Positions 10,216 to 20,666 of a stretch of 64,000 nt of DNA are shown here, piece after piece. Within the stretch, counting starts at the first letter, position 1. Every line of letters begins with the position of its first letter. Origin of the DNA: an uncultured Chloroflexia bacterium (GTDB taxonomy: Bacteria; Chloroflexota; UBA6077; JACCZL01); the NCBI GenBank assembly GCA_963765765.1, contig CAVXYC010000001.1, positions 96,001 through 160,000 on the forward strand, read 5' to 3'. The notes beneath the pieces were generated by a model, which was not told the DNA's origin, searched no databases, and saw only the letters and a program-made list of their open reading frames with translations. A program made the translations under genes and the position numbers.

Positions 10216-11607
10216 ATGACGACCTGGACACCTGATTCGACGTTCTATCCGTCCGCGAAGATGGCGATGGAAAGTCCGGCCGAGACACTGGCCTATGTGG
10301 CGGTGCTCAGTCCCGAGGGAACCGGTAAGACGGATTCGCTTTCCGTCGTCGACGTGGACCCGAGCTCATCCACTTACGGTCGTGAGCTTACACGTCTACC
10401 GATGCCGAACATGGGCGATGAGCTGCATCACTTCGGCTGGAACGCCTGCAGCGCCGCGCTGTGTCCTACCATGCCACACCCGCATGTTGAGCGGCGCTAC
10501 CTGCTTATTCCAGGACTCCGATCTTCACGCATGTACATCGTGGACACGAAGCCGGATCCACGCGCCCCGCAGATCATCAAGACGATCGAGCCGGATGAGA
10601 TCCAGGCGAAGAGTGGGTACAGCCGTCCGCACACAGTGCACTGCGGCCCAGACGGCATTTACGTAGTGGCGCTGGGAGCGCCCGACGGCGAAGGCCCGGG
10701 CGGTATCTTCCAGATGGACCACACGACGTTCGACGTCAAAGGCCCCTGGGAAGCAGATCGCGGACCACAGTACCTCTCGTACGACTTCTGGTGGAACCTC
10801 GGTCAGGATTACCTGGTCACCAGTGAGTGGGGCACGCCAAACATGGTGGAGCACGGGGTGAACCCAGAGCTTCTTCTGGCCGGCAAGTACGGGCACCAGG
10901 TGCATGTCTGGGATATGCGGAATCGGAAGCACGTCCAGACGCTGGATCTCGGCGCGGAGCAGCAGATGGTGCTGGAGTTGCGACCCGCGCATGACCCCAA
11001 CAAGGCCTACGGGTTTGTGGGTGTCGTGACCAGTCTGGCCGATCTCTCCGCATCGATCTGGCTCTGGTACCGCGAGGGCGAGACCTGGAGCATCAAGAAG
11101 GTCATTGAGATTCCCGCCGAGCCAGCCGACGCTGAGCTGTTGCCTCCATTGCTGAAGGGCTTCAGCGCAGTGCCGCCGCTCATTACCGACATCAATCTCA
11201 GCCTGGACGACAAGTTCCTGTACGTTTCGTGCTTCGGCACCGGCGAGTTCCGCCAGTACGACGTCTCGGATCCGCATAACCCCGTGCAAACGGGCTCCGT
11301 GCACCTGGGCGGAATCGTGCGCAAGGTGGAGCACCCACGGGCCGGCGCTGTCAATGGAGCACCGCAGATGGTCGAGGTGAGTCGGGACGGCCGGCGCATC
11401 TACCTTACGAACTCGCTCTATGCCGCCTGGGATGCGCAGTTCTATCCTGAGGGCATCAATGGCTGGATGGTGAAACTTGATGCCGATCCCAACGGCGGCA
11501 TAAGGCTAGATCCCGATCTGTTCGTGGGATTCGGCGCGGAGCGCCCACATCAGGTTCGGCTTCAGGGCGGGGACGCGTCGTCTGATTCTTACTGCTATCC
11601 GAGCTAA
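10216..11607 (+). CDS. SBP56 selenium-binding / methanethiol oxidase-like protein, copy 1
   Basis: GDELHHFGWNACS, YSRPHTVHCGP, YDFWW, TSEWGTP, PPLITDINLSLDD, GAPQMVEVSRDGRR, GGDASSD. Confidence 0.92.
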   Translation: MTTWTPDSTFYPSAKMAMESPAETLAYVAVLSPEGTGKTDSLSVVDVDPSSSTYGRELTRLPMPNMGDELHHFGWNACSAALCPTMPHPHVERRYLLIPGLRSSRMYIVDTKPDPRAPQIIKTIEPDEIQAKSGYSRPHTVHCGPDGIYVVALGAPDGEGPGGIFQMDHTTFDVKGPWEADRGPQYLSYDFWWNLGQDYLVTSEWGTPNMVEHGVNPELLLAGKYGHQVHVWDMRNRKHVQTLDLGAEQQMVLELRPAHDPNKAYGFVGVVTSLADLSASIWLWYREGETWSIKKVIEIPAEPADAELLPPLLKGFSAVPPLITDINLSLDDKFLYVSCFGTGEFRQYDVSDPHNPVQTGSVHLGGIVRKVEHPRAGAVNGAPQMVEVSRDGRRIYLTNSLYAAWDAQFYPEGINGWMVKLDADPNGGIRLDPDLFVGFGAERPHQVRLQGGDASSDSYCYPS

Positions 11608-11626
11608 GGTTTACTCCGCCGCGCTC

Positions 11627-11693
11627 TGGGAGAGGGTTGAGGTGAGGGCTCTTCGTGTGTGATATCACTCAACCCCACCCCAGCCCTCTCCCA
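11627..11693. repeat. Imperfect inverted doublet of a GGGAGAGGG-type REP element
   Basis: TGGGAGAGGGTTGAGGTGAGGG (11627-11648) faces CCCCACCCCAGCCCTCTCCCA (11673-11693). Confidence 0.6.
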
Positions 11694-11725
11694 AGGGGCG
11701 ACGAAGCCACAATCGGACTTAGCTA

Positions 11726-12397
11726 ATGCAGGATCTGGCGGTCTGGGCGCCGCTCATCATGTTGGGTGCGTATCACGGTGTGAATCCCGGTATGGGATGG
11801 CTCTTCGCCGTGGCGCTTGGCTTGCAGGAGAAGCGACGCGGAGCGGTGGTTGGGGCGTTTGGACCGATTGCCGTGGGGCACGCTCTTTCCGTCGCGGTGG
11901 TCATAGCCCTAGTTGCGGTCCTGCATTACTTCATTGACTCGGCGGCCCTCAGAATCGTGGGCGCGGCGGTACTAGTGGCCTTTGGCATCTACAAATTGGT
12001 GGCACCGCTGTCCCATCCGCGCTGGGTGGGCATGCGCGTGGGCAAGCGCGACCTTGTCGCGTGGTCATTTCTCATGTCCACGGCTCACGGCGCGGGCTTG
12101 ATGCTTGTCCCGTTGATCCTGAGGCTTCCGAGTTCGTCAGCCGGCCCGCACAGTGCGCATGCGGCGACGCTGCAGCAAGCGGCCTCTGTTGACATCAACG
12201 GACTCAGTGCGTTTGGAGTCCCTGAGCTCTTCGCTCTCGGGCTTCATACCGCGGCGATGTTCGCAGTGATGGCGATCGTCGCGCTTGTCGTGTTCGAGAA
12301 GATCGGGCTGGCGATCCTGCGACGCGCCTGGTTCAATCTCGACCGCGTCTGGGCCGGCGCGCTCATCTGCGCCGGTTGGATCACGCTGCTCGTCTAG
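11726..12397 (+). CDS. Conserved His-containing membrane protein accompanying SBP56
   Basis: About six hydrophobic segments; LGAYHGVNPGMGWLFAVALG, HPRWVGMRV, WSFLMSTAHGAGLML, WFNLDRVW. Confidence 0.75.
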   Translation: MQDLAVWAPLIMLGAYHGVNPGMGWLFAVALGLQEKRRGAVVGAFGPIAVGHALSVAVVIALVAVLHYFIDSAALRIVGAAVLVAFGIYKLVAPLSHPRWVGMRVGKRDLVAWSFLMSTAHGAGLMLVPLILRLPSSSAGPHSAHAATLQQAASVDINGLSAFGVPELFALGLHTAAMFAVMAIVALVVFEKIGLAILRRAWFNLDRVWAGALICAGWITLLV

Positions 12398-12610
12398 CCC
12401 AGCTCCAGCCCAAACAGAGTCGCATCCCGTAAGGGTGCGGTTCCTCTCGCGATATACGCATACGCGACTGTAGACACCAATCAACGTCAGAGCCGCGCAC
12501 GTGAAGACCGTGCAGTGGATCACAGGCTCACGGCCACGATCAAGCTCGTGCTGCTCAAGATGTTGGGGAGCCAGGGCTGAGTCCGCCCCATCAAACGCGT
12601 AACGGTCGAT

Positions 12611-13356
12611 ATGCGCCATGAGATTCCGCGCTACCGCTTCCTGGACACAATTCGGGCATACGCTCTGGACCAGCTTCGCGCTTCGGATGATGCTGGCCCG
12701 ACTCAACTGCGGTACCAGGAGTGGTGTGTCGACTTGCTCCATGCTGCTCGGTTTGAGCTCTGGAGATCGGACCAGATCAATTGGATGGCTTGGCTGGACC
12801 GCGAGATAGACAACGTCCGCGCAGCGCTGGACTGGAGCGCACTCAACCCGGCGAGCGTGGGAGAGGTCTTCGAGCGATGCTCCTTTGCACTCTTTCGTTA
12901 CTGGGATGTGCGCGGCTCCGTGGGTGAAGCCCGAAACCGATTCAGTACTTTGCTCGAACAGGCGCCCCGCAGAGCTTCCGTAGTGGGAATTGCCCAGACC
13001 CAGGCGTACTTGGCGTAGTTCCAGATGATGGGGGCGAGACCACAGACGTGCGCGAGCAAGTGTTGGCGGCGGAGGCGCTCGTACGGATCGCCGATGACGC
13101 CGAAGCGCTTATCCAAACCCTCTACCTGTCGCTGATGGTTCATGAACTCCTCCACGATCTGACGCCCGTGGAGCGGCTGTGTCGGGATGGGCTCGCGATT
13201 GGCGAAACCATCGATCACCCGTATCGCTCAGGACCGTGGCTCAACAGTCTCGGGCTGCTCGCATATATGCAAGGACATTCTGAAGAGGGCGATCGCCTTT
13301 TCGATGAGTGCCGTCGTGTCACCGAGTCCCAGGGCGAATATTTCCATGCTTGGTGA
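12611..13356 (+). pseudogene. Truncated paralog of the C-terminal half of the AfsR/SARP-ATPase regulator
   Basis: PRYRFLDTIRAYAL...IDNVRAALDW...CSFALFRYWDVRG closely matches the 15726 gene. It has an in-frame TAG at 13016 and lacks the HTH, BTAD and P-loop. Confidence 0.7.
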
Positions 13357-13490
13357 GTGGGCCCGGAGGTCCATCTTTTGTCTCACTACGAGCACTCACT
13401 ACGAGTGCTTAGAACCGCGGACGTTCCCGGACCGCTCCCCACAAACCAAAGGGCCGCTCCATTTCTTCACCAATTTCAAGATTGGCCAAA

Positions 13491-13546
13491 GGGACGCGCG
13501 AGGGGACGCGGTAGGGGACGCTGAGCGGACGGTTGGTTTCTAGAGT
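13491..13546 (+). promoter_or_regulatory. Candidate SARP-type operator: four GGACG direct repeats plus a TAGAGT -10 box
   Basis: GGACG starts at 13492, 13504, 13516 and 13527; TAGAGT at 13541-13546, upstream of SBP56 copy 2. Confidence 0.45.
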
Positions 13547-13600
13547 GACTCCTGAGAGCGGGCCGCGGGCTCGCCAACCGAATCAAGAAAGGAGCCACTC

Positions 13601-14989
13601 ATGAGCATGTGGACACCGGACGCCACCTTCTATCGGTCTGCGTTCATGGCCACTCAGGCGCCACCCGAGCGCCTCGCCTACGTGGCGGTGCTCAACCCGA
13701 GTGACGACGAGTCTGACTCGCTCGCCGTGCTCGACGTTGATCCCTCGTCGGCCAGCTACGGGCAGGAGATCCACCGTCTGCGCTTTCCCTATGTGGGCGA
13801 CGAGCTGCATCACTTCGGTTGGAACGCGTGCAGCGCTGCCCTCTGCTCCAGCATGCCTCATCCGCACGTGGAGCGCCGTTACCTGCTGCTGCCAGGACAG
13901 CGCTCGTCGCGCATGTACGTGGTCGATACGAAGCCGGATCCACGAGCTCCCCAGCTGGTGAAGACTATCGAGCCGAACGAGCTCGAGTCGCGCAGCGGTT
14001 ATAGCCGTCCGCACACCGTGCACTGTGGACCGGACGGCATATACGTTGTGGCATTGGGAAAGCCCGACGGCGAAGGCCCCGGCGGCATATTTTGCATGGA
14101 CGACACCAGCTTTGAGGTGAAGGGACCGTGGGAAGCCGAGCGCGGATCGCAGTATCTAGCCTATGACTTCTGGTGGAACCTGGGTCAGGACTACGTGGTG
14201 ACAAGCGAGTGGGGCACGCCCAACATGGTGGAGCGGGGCGTAAACCCGGAGCTGCTGCTAGCCGGTAAGTACGGCCATCAGGTGCACGTCTGGGACATGC
14301 GTAGTCGGAAGCACCTTCAGGCCCTGGACCTGGGGGCGGAGCAGCAGATGGTGCTGGAGCTGCGGCCGGCGCACGACCCAAGCCAGGCTTACGGCTTCGT
14401 CGGTGTGGTCACTAGTCTGGCGGACCATTCTGCCTCCGTCTGGATGTGGTACTGCGAGGGATCCAAATGGCGCATTCGCAAGGTCATCGAAGTGCCTGCC
14501 GAGCCGGCCGAGGCGGAGCTGTTGCCTCCCTTACTCAAGGGTTTCGGTGCCGTTCCCCCCTTGATCACCGACATCAACCTCAGCCTCGATGATCGGCTTC
14601 TTTACGTGTCCTGCTTTGGGACGGGTGAGTTTCGACAATACGACGTCTCGGATCCATTCAACCCGAGGTTGACCGGCTCGGTCCACCTCGGGGGCATCGC
14701 ACGGCGAGCGGAGCACCCTCGCATGGGGCCGCTAAACGGAGCGCCGCAGATGGTGGAGATCAGCCGCGACGGTCGGCGAGTGTACCTCACCAACTCTCTC
14801 TACGCGGCCTGGGATGCTCAGTTCTACCCCGATGGCATCAATGGCTGGATGGTGAAGCTGGACGCTGAGCCGGGCGGCGGGATGCGCGTGGACCCGGAGC
14901 TCTTTGTTGACTTCGGTGGCGAGCGTCCGCACCAGGTTCGCCTTCAAGGCGGGGACGCCTCGTCTGACTCCTACTGCTATCCGAGCTAA
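13601..14989 (+). CDS. SBP56 selenium-binding / methanethiol oxidase-like protein, copy 2
   Basis: Same motifs as copy 1 and collinear over the full length; AAAGGAG RBS. Confidence 0.92.
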   Translation: MSMWTPDATFYRSAFMATQAPPERLAYVAVLNPSDDESDSLAVLDVDPSSASYGQEIHRLRFPYVGDELHHFGWNACSAALCSSMPHPHVERRYLLLPGQRSSRMYVVDTKPDPRAPQLVKTIEPNELESRSGYSRPHTVHCGPDGIYVVALGKPDGEGPGGIFCMDDTSFEVKGPWEAERGSQYLAYDFWWNLGQDYVVTSEWGTPNMVERGVNPELLLAGKYGHQVHVWDMRSRKHLQALDLGAEQQMVLELRPAHDPSQAYGFVGVVTSLADHSASVWMWYCEGSKWRIRKVIEVPAEPAEAELLPPLLKGFGAVPPLITDINLSLDDRLLYVSCFGTGEFRQYDVSDPFNPRLTGSVHLGGIARRAEHPRMGPLNGAPQMVEISRDGRRVYLTNSLYAAWDAQFYPDGINGWMVKLDAEPGGGMRVDPELFVDFGGERPHQVRLQGGDASSDSYCYPS

Positions 14990-15036
14990 CGCCCAATAGC
15001 ACGTCCTCCCACCAGGGAGAGAGCGTCAGAGCAAGT

Positions 15037-15204
15037 GCGCCCGGGACTCGACCGTGGAAAGAGCCTGGACTTGACGTGGACAACGTGAAGCTCAAGAAAG
15101 GCACGCACACACTCAGCGCCATTGCGGACGTGAAGAATGCGGTCACCGAATCCGAAGAGAACAACAACAACATGTCCATCAGCGTGCGTTGCAAGGATGA
15201 GTGA
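15037..15204 (+). pseudogene. CARDB-like Ig-fold domain remnant
   Basis: DNVKLKKGTHTLSAIADVKNAVTESEENNN...stop at 15204; no start or leader. Confidence 0.5.
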
Positions 15205-15277
15205 CGGATGCGTGACAAGTGATGGACACGTGCCGCCCGGGCCGCGTTTGTCCATCACCCTTCACTCTTAGTTTCCT

Positions 15278-15478
15278 TTGGAAGGTGAACATCATCTAGA
15301 CATCGAGCGCAACATCGGTATCCGGCTTGGACGCTGGCAAACGGGAGACTTGCCTCTGGACGATGTGAAACTCAAGAAGGGCGACCACTGCGGCACGGCC
15401 ACCGTGAAGCTCGAGTCGAGCGACTCCAATGAGACGCTCGGTAAGCGATCCGTCACGGTGAGCTGCGAGAAGAAGTAG
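15278..15478 (+). pseudogene. Second CARDB-like remnant or small hypothetical protein
   Basis: DDVKLKKGDH...ESSDSN...SVTVSCEKK parallels the preceding fragment. Confidence 0.35.
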
Positions 15479-15725
15479 CCGCTCTGCGCTCACCGACGTC
15501 TTGTCTGACCGGCCCACTGACGACCGCTTAAACGATTAAATCACTCCGGCGGTGGTCACGTCCGGGGCCGCCATTCCGGCTGGGTCGGGCCGGCAAGATG
15601 ATGTCGGACAGTGCTACGCCTCCCGTGTCACCCAAGAAACTGCTTGCCTGTGAGTTCCGCGGATGGTAGGGTCCCTCGCAAACACCCGACGCGATCGGGC
15701 TGGCATCTGGCAGGTGCGAGCGGAC

Positions 15726-18660
15726 ATGCCTCAGCTCAAGTTGTCCCTCCTTGGCCCGCCCCGAGTGGAATGGGATGGCCGGGAGGTGGTCATCTCTCTT
15801 CGTCGGGGATTAGCGCTGCTTGCCTACCTGGCGCTGTCCGATCGAGCCCACCGACGAGACGAGCTGTGCGCCCTGCTCTGGCCGGACATCGATGAGCGCA
15901 CGGCACGCAGTCGCCTCCGACACACGCTGCATCTAATGAATGAGCTCTTCGGGCACCCCCAGTTCGACGCCGACGGGGACGCCGTTCGACTCTCCCGCGA
16001 CATCGACGTGTGGTTGGACACGCGCGAGCTAGAGCGCTCTTTGGCGGTCAGTCGACGTGAGCTCGCACAGGCTCATGACGTGAGGAATATAGCCGCGCTG
16101 TACAGAGGTGATCTGCTGAGCGGGTTCACCATTCCAGATAGTCCAGCTTGGGATGATTGGCAGTTCCTGGAGCGTGAGCGGCTGCGCCAGCTCGCTGGCC
16201 AGTTATTCCACGCGTTGGCTGACGATGAGCTGGTAGCGGGTTACTGGGACCTCGGTCTCGGTCACGCTCGGCAGTGGCTGGCGCTCGACCAGATGCATGA
16301 ACCGGCGCATCGGCTGCTGATGAAACTGTACGCGGTCAGCGGCCAGCAAGCAGCCGCACTCCGTCAGTACGAGCAGTGTGCCCGGACGTTAAAGAGCGAG
16401 CTGGATGTGGAGCCGGAGCCGGAAACAGTGGAGCTGTACGAGCAGATTCGCGCCAAGCGATTCGCCGCCGAGCCGAAGGACAGCCCTGTCGAATACCGGA
16501 TCGATGCTGACGATCAGGCTCGACCAGCGGATCTGGCCGGAGAGAAATCTCCCGCCGTTTTGACCGGCACTCGACCGCATAACCTGCCGGTCGGGCTCGC
16601 ACGCTACATCGGCCGTCAGTCCGAGCACGATAGCGTCATGGAGCTGCTGGGGGGCACGACGCTGCTGACGCTGACCGGTCCGGGCGGAATTGGGAAAACG
16701 AGATTTGCCATTGAGCTGGCGAGCGAGGTGGCGGAGTCAGCCCACCGCGAAGTGCACTTCGTGGAGCTGGCCTCATTGACCGATCCCGCGCGCGTACCGG
16801 CGACAGTTGGTGCCGTGCTCGGTATCGCGGACGCCGCGGCGAGGCCCACGGTGGACACCCTCGTTCGAGCGCTTCGAGGCCGTCAGCCACTCATCGTTCT
16901 CGATAACTGTGAGCACGTCATCGAAGGATGCTCGTCGCTTGTCGATACCTTGTTACGTGGGTGCCAGGGAGTGTCGGTTCTGGCTACCAGCCGCGAGCCA
17001 CTGGGGCTCTCATGGGAGACGTTGTGGCCAGTTTCACCACTGGGAATCCCAGCCAATGCCGAAGCTGCCGAAGTGGAAGCGATCGCGGCCGCGGAATCTG
17101 TGCAGCTCCTTGTGGACCGCGCGCGCATGCTCCGACCTTCGTTCATACTGGGCGATGCCAATGCAGTTGACGTAGCCGAGATCTGCCGTCGGTTGGATGG
17201 AATTCCTCTGGCGATTGAGCTGGCCGCGGTGCGGCTCCGGGTGCTTAGTCCGAGGCAAGTCCTGGAGCGACTGGATGACCGATTCCATCTGTTAACAGGT
17301 GGCTCGCGCGCGGTGCACGCTCGTCAACAGACGCTTGAAGCCACTATCGACTGGAGCCACCATCTCCTGACAGAGCCGGAACAAGTGCTCTTCCGTCGAT
17401 TAGCTGTCTTTGGCGGGGGGTGGACGCTGGAAGCTGTAGAGGACGTTTGCGCGAGCTCCATGCTAGACGGGAGCGACGTGCTAGACCTCCTGGCGTCGCT
17501 GGTGGATAAGTCGCTCGTCGCCGTAGATGTTAGGACGGCCACTCCACGCTACCGATTCCTGGATACGATTCGCGCGTTCGCCCTGAACCGCTTGAAGTTG
17601 TCCGATGACGAAGCCGAGGTGCGCGAACGTCACCAGGCCTGGTATTTCGGGCTGTTGCGAGAGGCTGCGTACCCGCTGTGGGGTCCAGACCAGGTATCGT
17701 GGATGAGCCGATTGGACGAGGAGATTGACAACGTGCGCACCGCGCTGGACTGGTGCGATGCGTCGCCGGGCAGCGTCAGCGAGGCACTCGAGCAGTGCAG
17801 CTTCTCGCTCTATCGCTATTGGGACGTGCGCGGGATGGCCAGCGAAGCACGGAGCCGTTTCAGTGCGCTGCTAGCATTGGCGCCGGACGAAGCCATCGCC
17901 TGGAGGAATCGCGCAGTCCCAAGCCTTCCTGGCACACTTCTACATGCTCGGGGGCGCGGCGCACGAAGCGCATGATCGCGCCATCGAGGCCATATCCAAA
18001 GCGCGCGATAGCGATGATCCCTGGTCGTTGATTCACACGCTCCTGGTGACCACTATCATCCATGGGCTGCTCCACGATTTCGAGCTGGTACCGTCGCTTT
18101 GTCGCGAGGGTCTCGCGCTTGCACGGGTCATTGGCCATCCTTTTGGTACGGCGCCCTGGAATTATTGGCTGGGCGAAGTGGCGTGCATTGAGGGTCGTCT
18201 GGACGAGGGCGAACGGCTCCTTGATGACTGCCACCAGGCCGTTGCATCGATCGGAGATACCCGCGAGCTGAGCACTGTCACGTTCGTCCAGGGCCATGCC
18301 GCCTTGCTGCGGGGAGACTTGCCCCGCGCCCAACGCCTCATTCAAGAGACGCTGACCGAGCGCTTCGAGTCGCGTGACGCGCAGGTAGTGCCGCATTGCC
18401 TGGACGCCGTGGGTTGGGTTGCCAGTGCCCGGGGCGAATCCGAGCGCGCGGCGCGCCTCCTGGGCGCCGCGCAGGCGGCGGCGGAGTCGGCTGGAGTAAC
18501 GTTGCTGCCAATCTGGCAAGAAGATCGCGATCGAGCGAGCTCTGAAGCGCGGAGGAACATGGGCGACGGACGATTCGAGGAGCTGGTTGAGGAAGGGCGA
18601 GCATTGACCCTGAATCAGGCCGTCACGCTCGCTCTTGAATCAGCCGATGTCTCATTCTGA
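15726..18660 (+). CDS. AfsR/SARP-family regulator (wHTH-BTAD, NB-ARC-like ATPase, TPR), frameshift near 17900
   Basis: LSLLGPPRV, LLAYLAL, RDELCALLWPD, LYRGDLLSG, HEPAHRLLMKLY, GPGGIGKT, LIVLDNCEH, LDGIPLAIELAA; continues in ORF 17944-18660. Confidence 0.88.
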
Positions 18661-18745
18661 GCCGAGCCCCGTAAGCATGCGGCCCTGATCCGCATGCCGC
18701 GGATTGCCTATGATCCGGGGCGACCCTGCCCAGAGGAATTTCAGT

Positions 18746-19264
18746 ATGACGGCGAGCACGGTGGACCCTCGCAGCCAGGCGATCATCGACGGCATCGAGG
18801 CGATAGACCCGCGATTCGTCCTGCATCTGCCCAGCAGCACGCTCAAGCACATCATCAATCACGTACTGCAGCGTCCCAACACCCAGGCATTTCCAATTCC
18901 CATCGAGCAGGAAGGGATCGGCATTCTGTCCGGACTCGCCCTGGCCGGCGCTCGGCCCATCATGATCATTCAGGACAACGGCGTGGGCAACCTGCTCACC
19001 GCGCTGACGACGTTTCCGCAGGCCTATCACATCCCTCAGCTCATTATCGTTTCGCTCCGCGGGGGGCTGGGCGAATACAACTCCATGATCCATCACTTCT
19101 GCGAGCACGTGGAAGACATCCTCGACGCCGCGCAGATTCGCTACTTCAAGCTGGATGGCACGGTACCGCTCGATCAGTGGTCAGGCACGGTGAGCCGAGC
19201 GTACGACTACAGCGAGACCACCCATCGGCCGGTCATGGTGCTCTGCAATCTGATGGGGGGCTGA
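18746..19264 (+). CDS. comD: ThDP-dependent decarboxylase alpha subunit (sulfopyruvate decarboxylase ComD-like)
   Basis: HLPSSTL, IEQEGIGILSG, IQDNGVGN, SLRGGLGE. Confidence 0.65.
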   Translation: MTASTVDPRSQAIIDGIEAIDPRFVLHLPSSTLKHIINHVLQRPNTQAFPIPIEQEGIGILSGLALAGARPIMIIQDNGVGNLLTALTTFPQAYHIPQLIIVSLRGGLGEYNSMIHHFCEHVEDILDAAQIRYFKLDGTVPLDQWSGTVSRAYDYSETTHRPVMVLCNLMGG

Positions 19265-19265
19265 C

Positions 19266-19862
19266 GTGAGTAATCTGACTCGCATCGATGCGCTCCACGC
19301 TATCGATACGGCGTTCCCCAACGACCCGATGGTACTCACTCTCGGAACAACTGTTCGCGAGATGCTTCTGGTGACCGGCGAGAAGCCCAATCACCTGCCA
19401 GTGCTCGACTCCATGGGGCTACCCGCGGCAATTGGCCTCGGTCTTGCTCTAGGGCTGGAGCACTCGAAGTTCGAGAAGCTGGTAGTGGTCGAGGGCGACG
19501 GCAGCCTGCTCATGGGCTTCACCACCATGGCGACGATAGGCCGACTGAAGCCGTCCAAGCTGCTCCTTATCGTGCTGGACAACGGCGTCTATGCGGCCAC
19601 CGGCGGGCAATCATCGGGCTCCGACTCAACTGACCTTGTAGGTGTGGCTCGCGCATGCGGTTTCGAAGGACAAGAGGTGGAGACACTCGAGGACCTCACC
19701 CGGGCCTTGGAATCGGCGAGGTCCGTCGCCGGCCCGCTATTGCTGCGAGTCCGGATAGGGCCTCAGAACCAAACCGCCGGCTTCTACCTGCCTGATCCAG
19801 CAGTACTAACGGATCGATTCACCAGCGTACCTGCGCGAGAACGGTTGAGAGAACGCCGCTAG
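19266..19862 (+). CDS. comE: ThDP-dependent decarboxylase beta subunit (ComE-like)
   Basis: SMGL, EGDGSLLM...LDNGVYAATGGQ ThDP-binding motif; directly adjacent to the alpha subunit. Confidence 0.65.
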   Translation: MSNLTRIDALHAIDTAFPNDPMVLTLGTTVREMLLVTGEKPNHLPVLDSMGLPAAIGLGLALGLEHSKFEKLVVVEGDGSLLMGFTTMATIGRLKPSKLLLIVLDNGVYAATGGQSSGSDSTDLVGVARACGFEGQEVETLEDLTRALESARSVAGPLLLRVRIGPQNQTAGFYLPDPAVLTDRFTSVPARERLRERR

Positions 19863-20419
19863 CCAGTGGTCGTAGTGGCGTCCCTTGACGGGCGCCACCT
19901 GACATCCAAAACTACGATTGCAACGTGGAAATCAAGGTGGCACCGGTAAGGGATGCCACTACTAGACCTGCAGATGTCGGCGCTGACCTTTTCGGTTAGC
20001 GCGCCGCGGCAATCCCTTCTGCCTGAAGCTGCTTCATCAGCCCCAGCATGTCCCATTGCGACCACTTCCTCCTGGATTTGACCATTGTGGAAGTGGGTCA
20101 AGGTGATGCCTGTGATTTGAGCAGGACGTCCCTGAGGTTCAATGCCGCGGAAGGGCACGCCCTTATGTGTTCCGTACGCGTGCCAGCGCACGGCCACGCG
20201 ATCGCCCTCGGAAATCAGGTCCTCGATGGTGATGAAGAGATCGGGGAACGCAGCACGTACCTGCTCAACGGTTTCCCGAATTCCGTCCCGCCCCCGAATG
20301 GGCGTGGGCGCATGACGGAGATAGTCTGGTGCGACGAGGTCATCGGCCGCCCAGTACTCCGCCTTGTTCCACACATGGTCGTAGAAGCGTCGAATCAGCG
20401 CTTTGTTGGCCTCAGACAT
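19859..20419 (-). CDS. SnoaL-like ester cyclase (true C-terminus probably frameshifted)
   Basis: NKALIRRFY, AAFPDL.ITIEDLISEGDRVAVRW...GTHKG.F.GI. Confidence 0.8.
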   Translation of the reverse strand: MSEANKALIRRFYDHVWNKAEYWAADDLVAPDYLRHAPTPIRGRDGIRETVEQVRAAFPDLFITIEDLISEGDRVAVRWHAYGTHKGVPFRGIEPQGRPAQITGITLTHFHNGQIQEEVVAMGHAGADEAASGRRDCRGALTEKVSADICRSSSGIPYRCHLDFHVAIVVLDVRWRPSRDATTTTG

Positions 20420-20666
20420 GGAAGCCTCCTTCGGCCGCCTGGCATGCCGCTATCTCATTGTAGTCACGAATCGCACGGAATTAAGCGAAATTTGTAGGGC
20501 ACATGAACTCCACCTGCGCAAAGCTCACTGCGCTTCCAGGCAGGGTTTCCAAGTATCAGAGCACCGATGGTTTCAGAATGTCCATCGGCATGGAGCTTGC
20601 ACTCTCGGACACACGCCCGACAGCCGGGAACGCCGCGGGGCGTGCTAGCAACGGAGCTTGCCCGTC

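Noticed and set aside
13016-13018. In-frame TAG as possible pyrrolysine or readthrough
   Set aside because: It lies in a truncated paralog fragment, and the intact paralog has an ordinary residue there.
18746-19862. Coenzyme M or phosphonate biosynthetic cluster
   Set aside because: No comA/comB/comC or PEP mutase in the window; only the decarboxylase pair is present.
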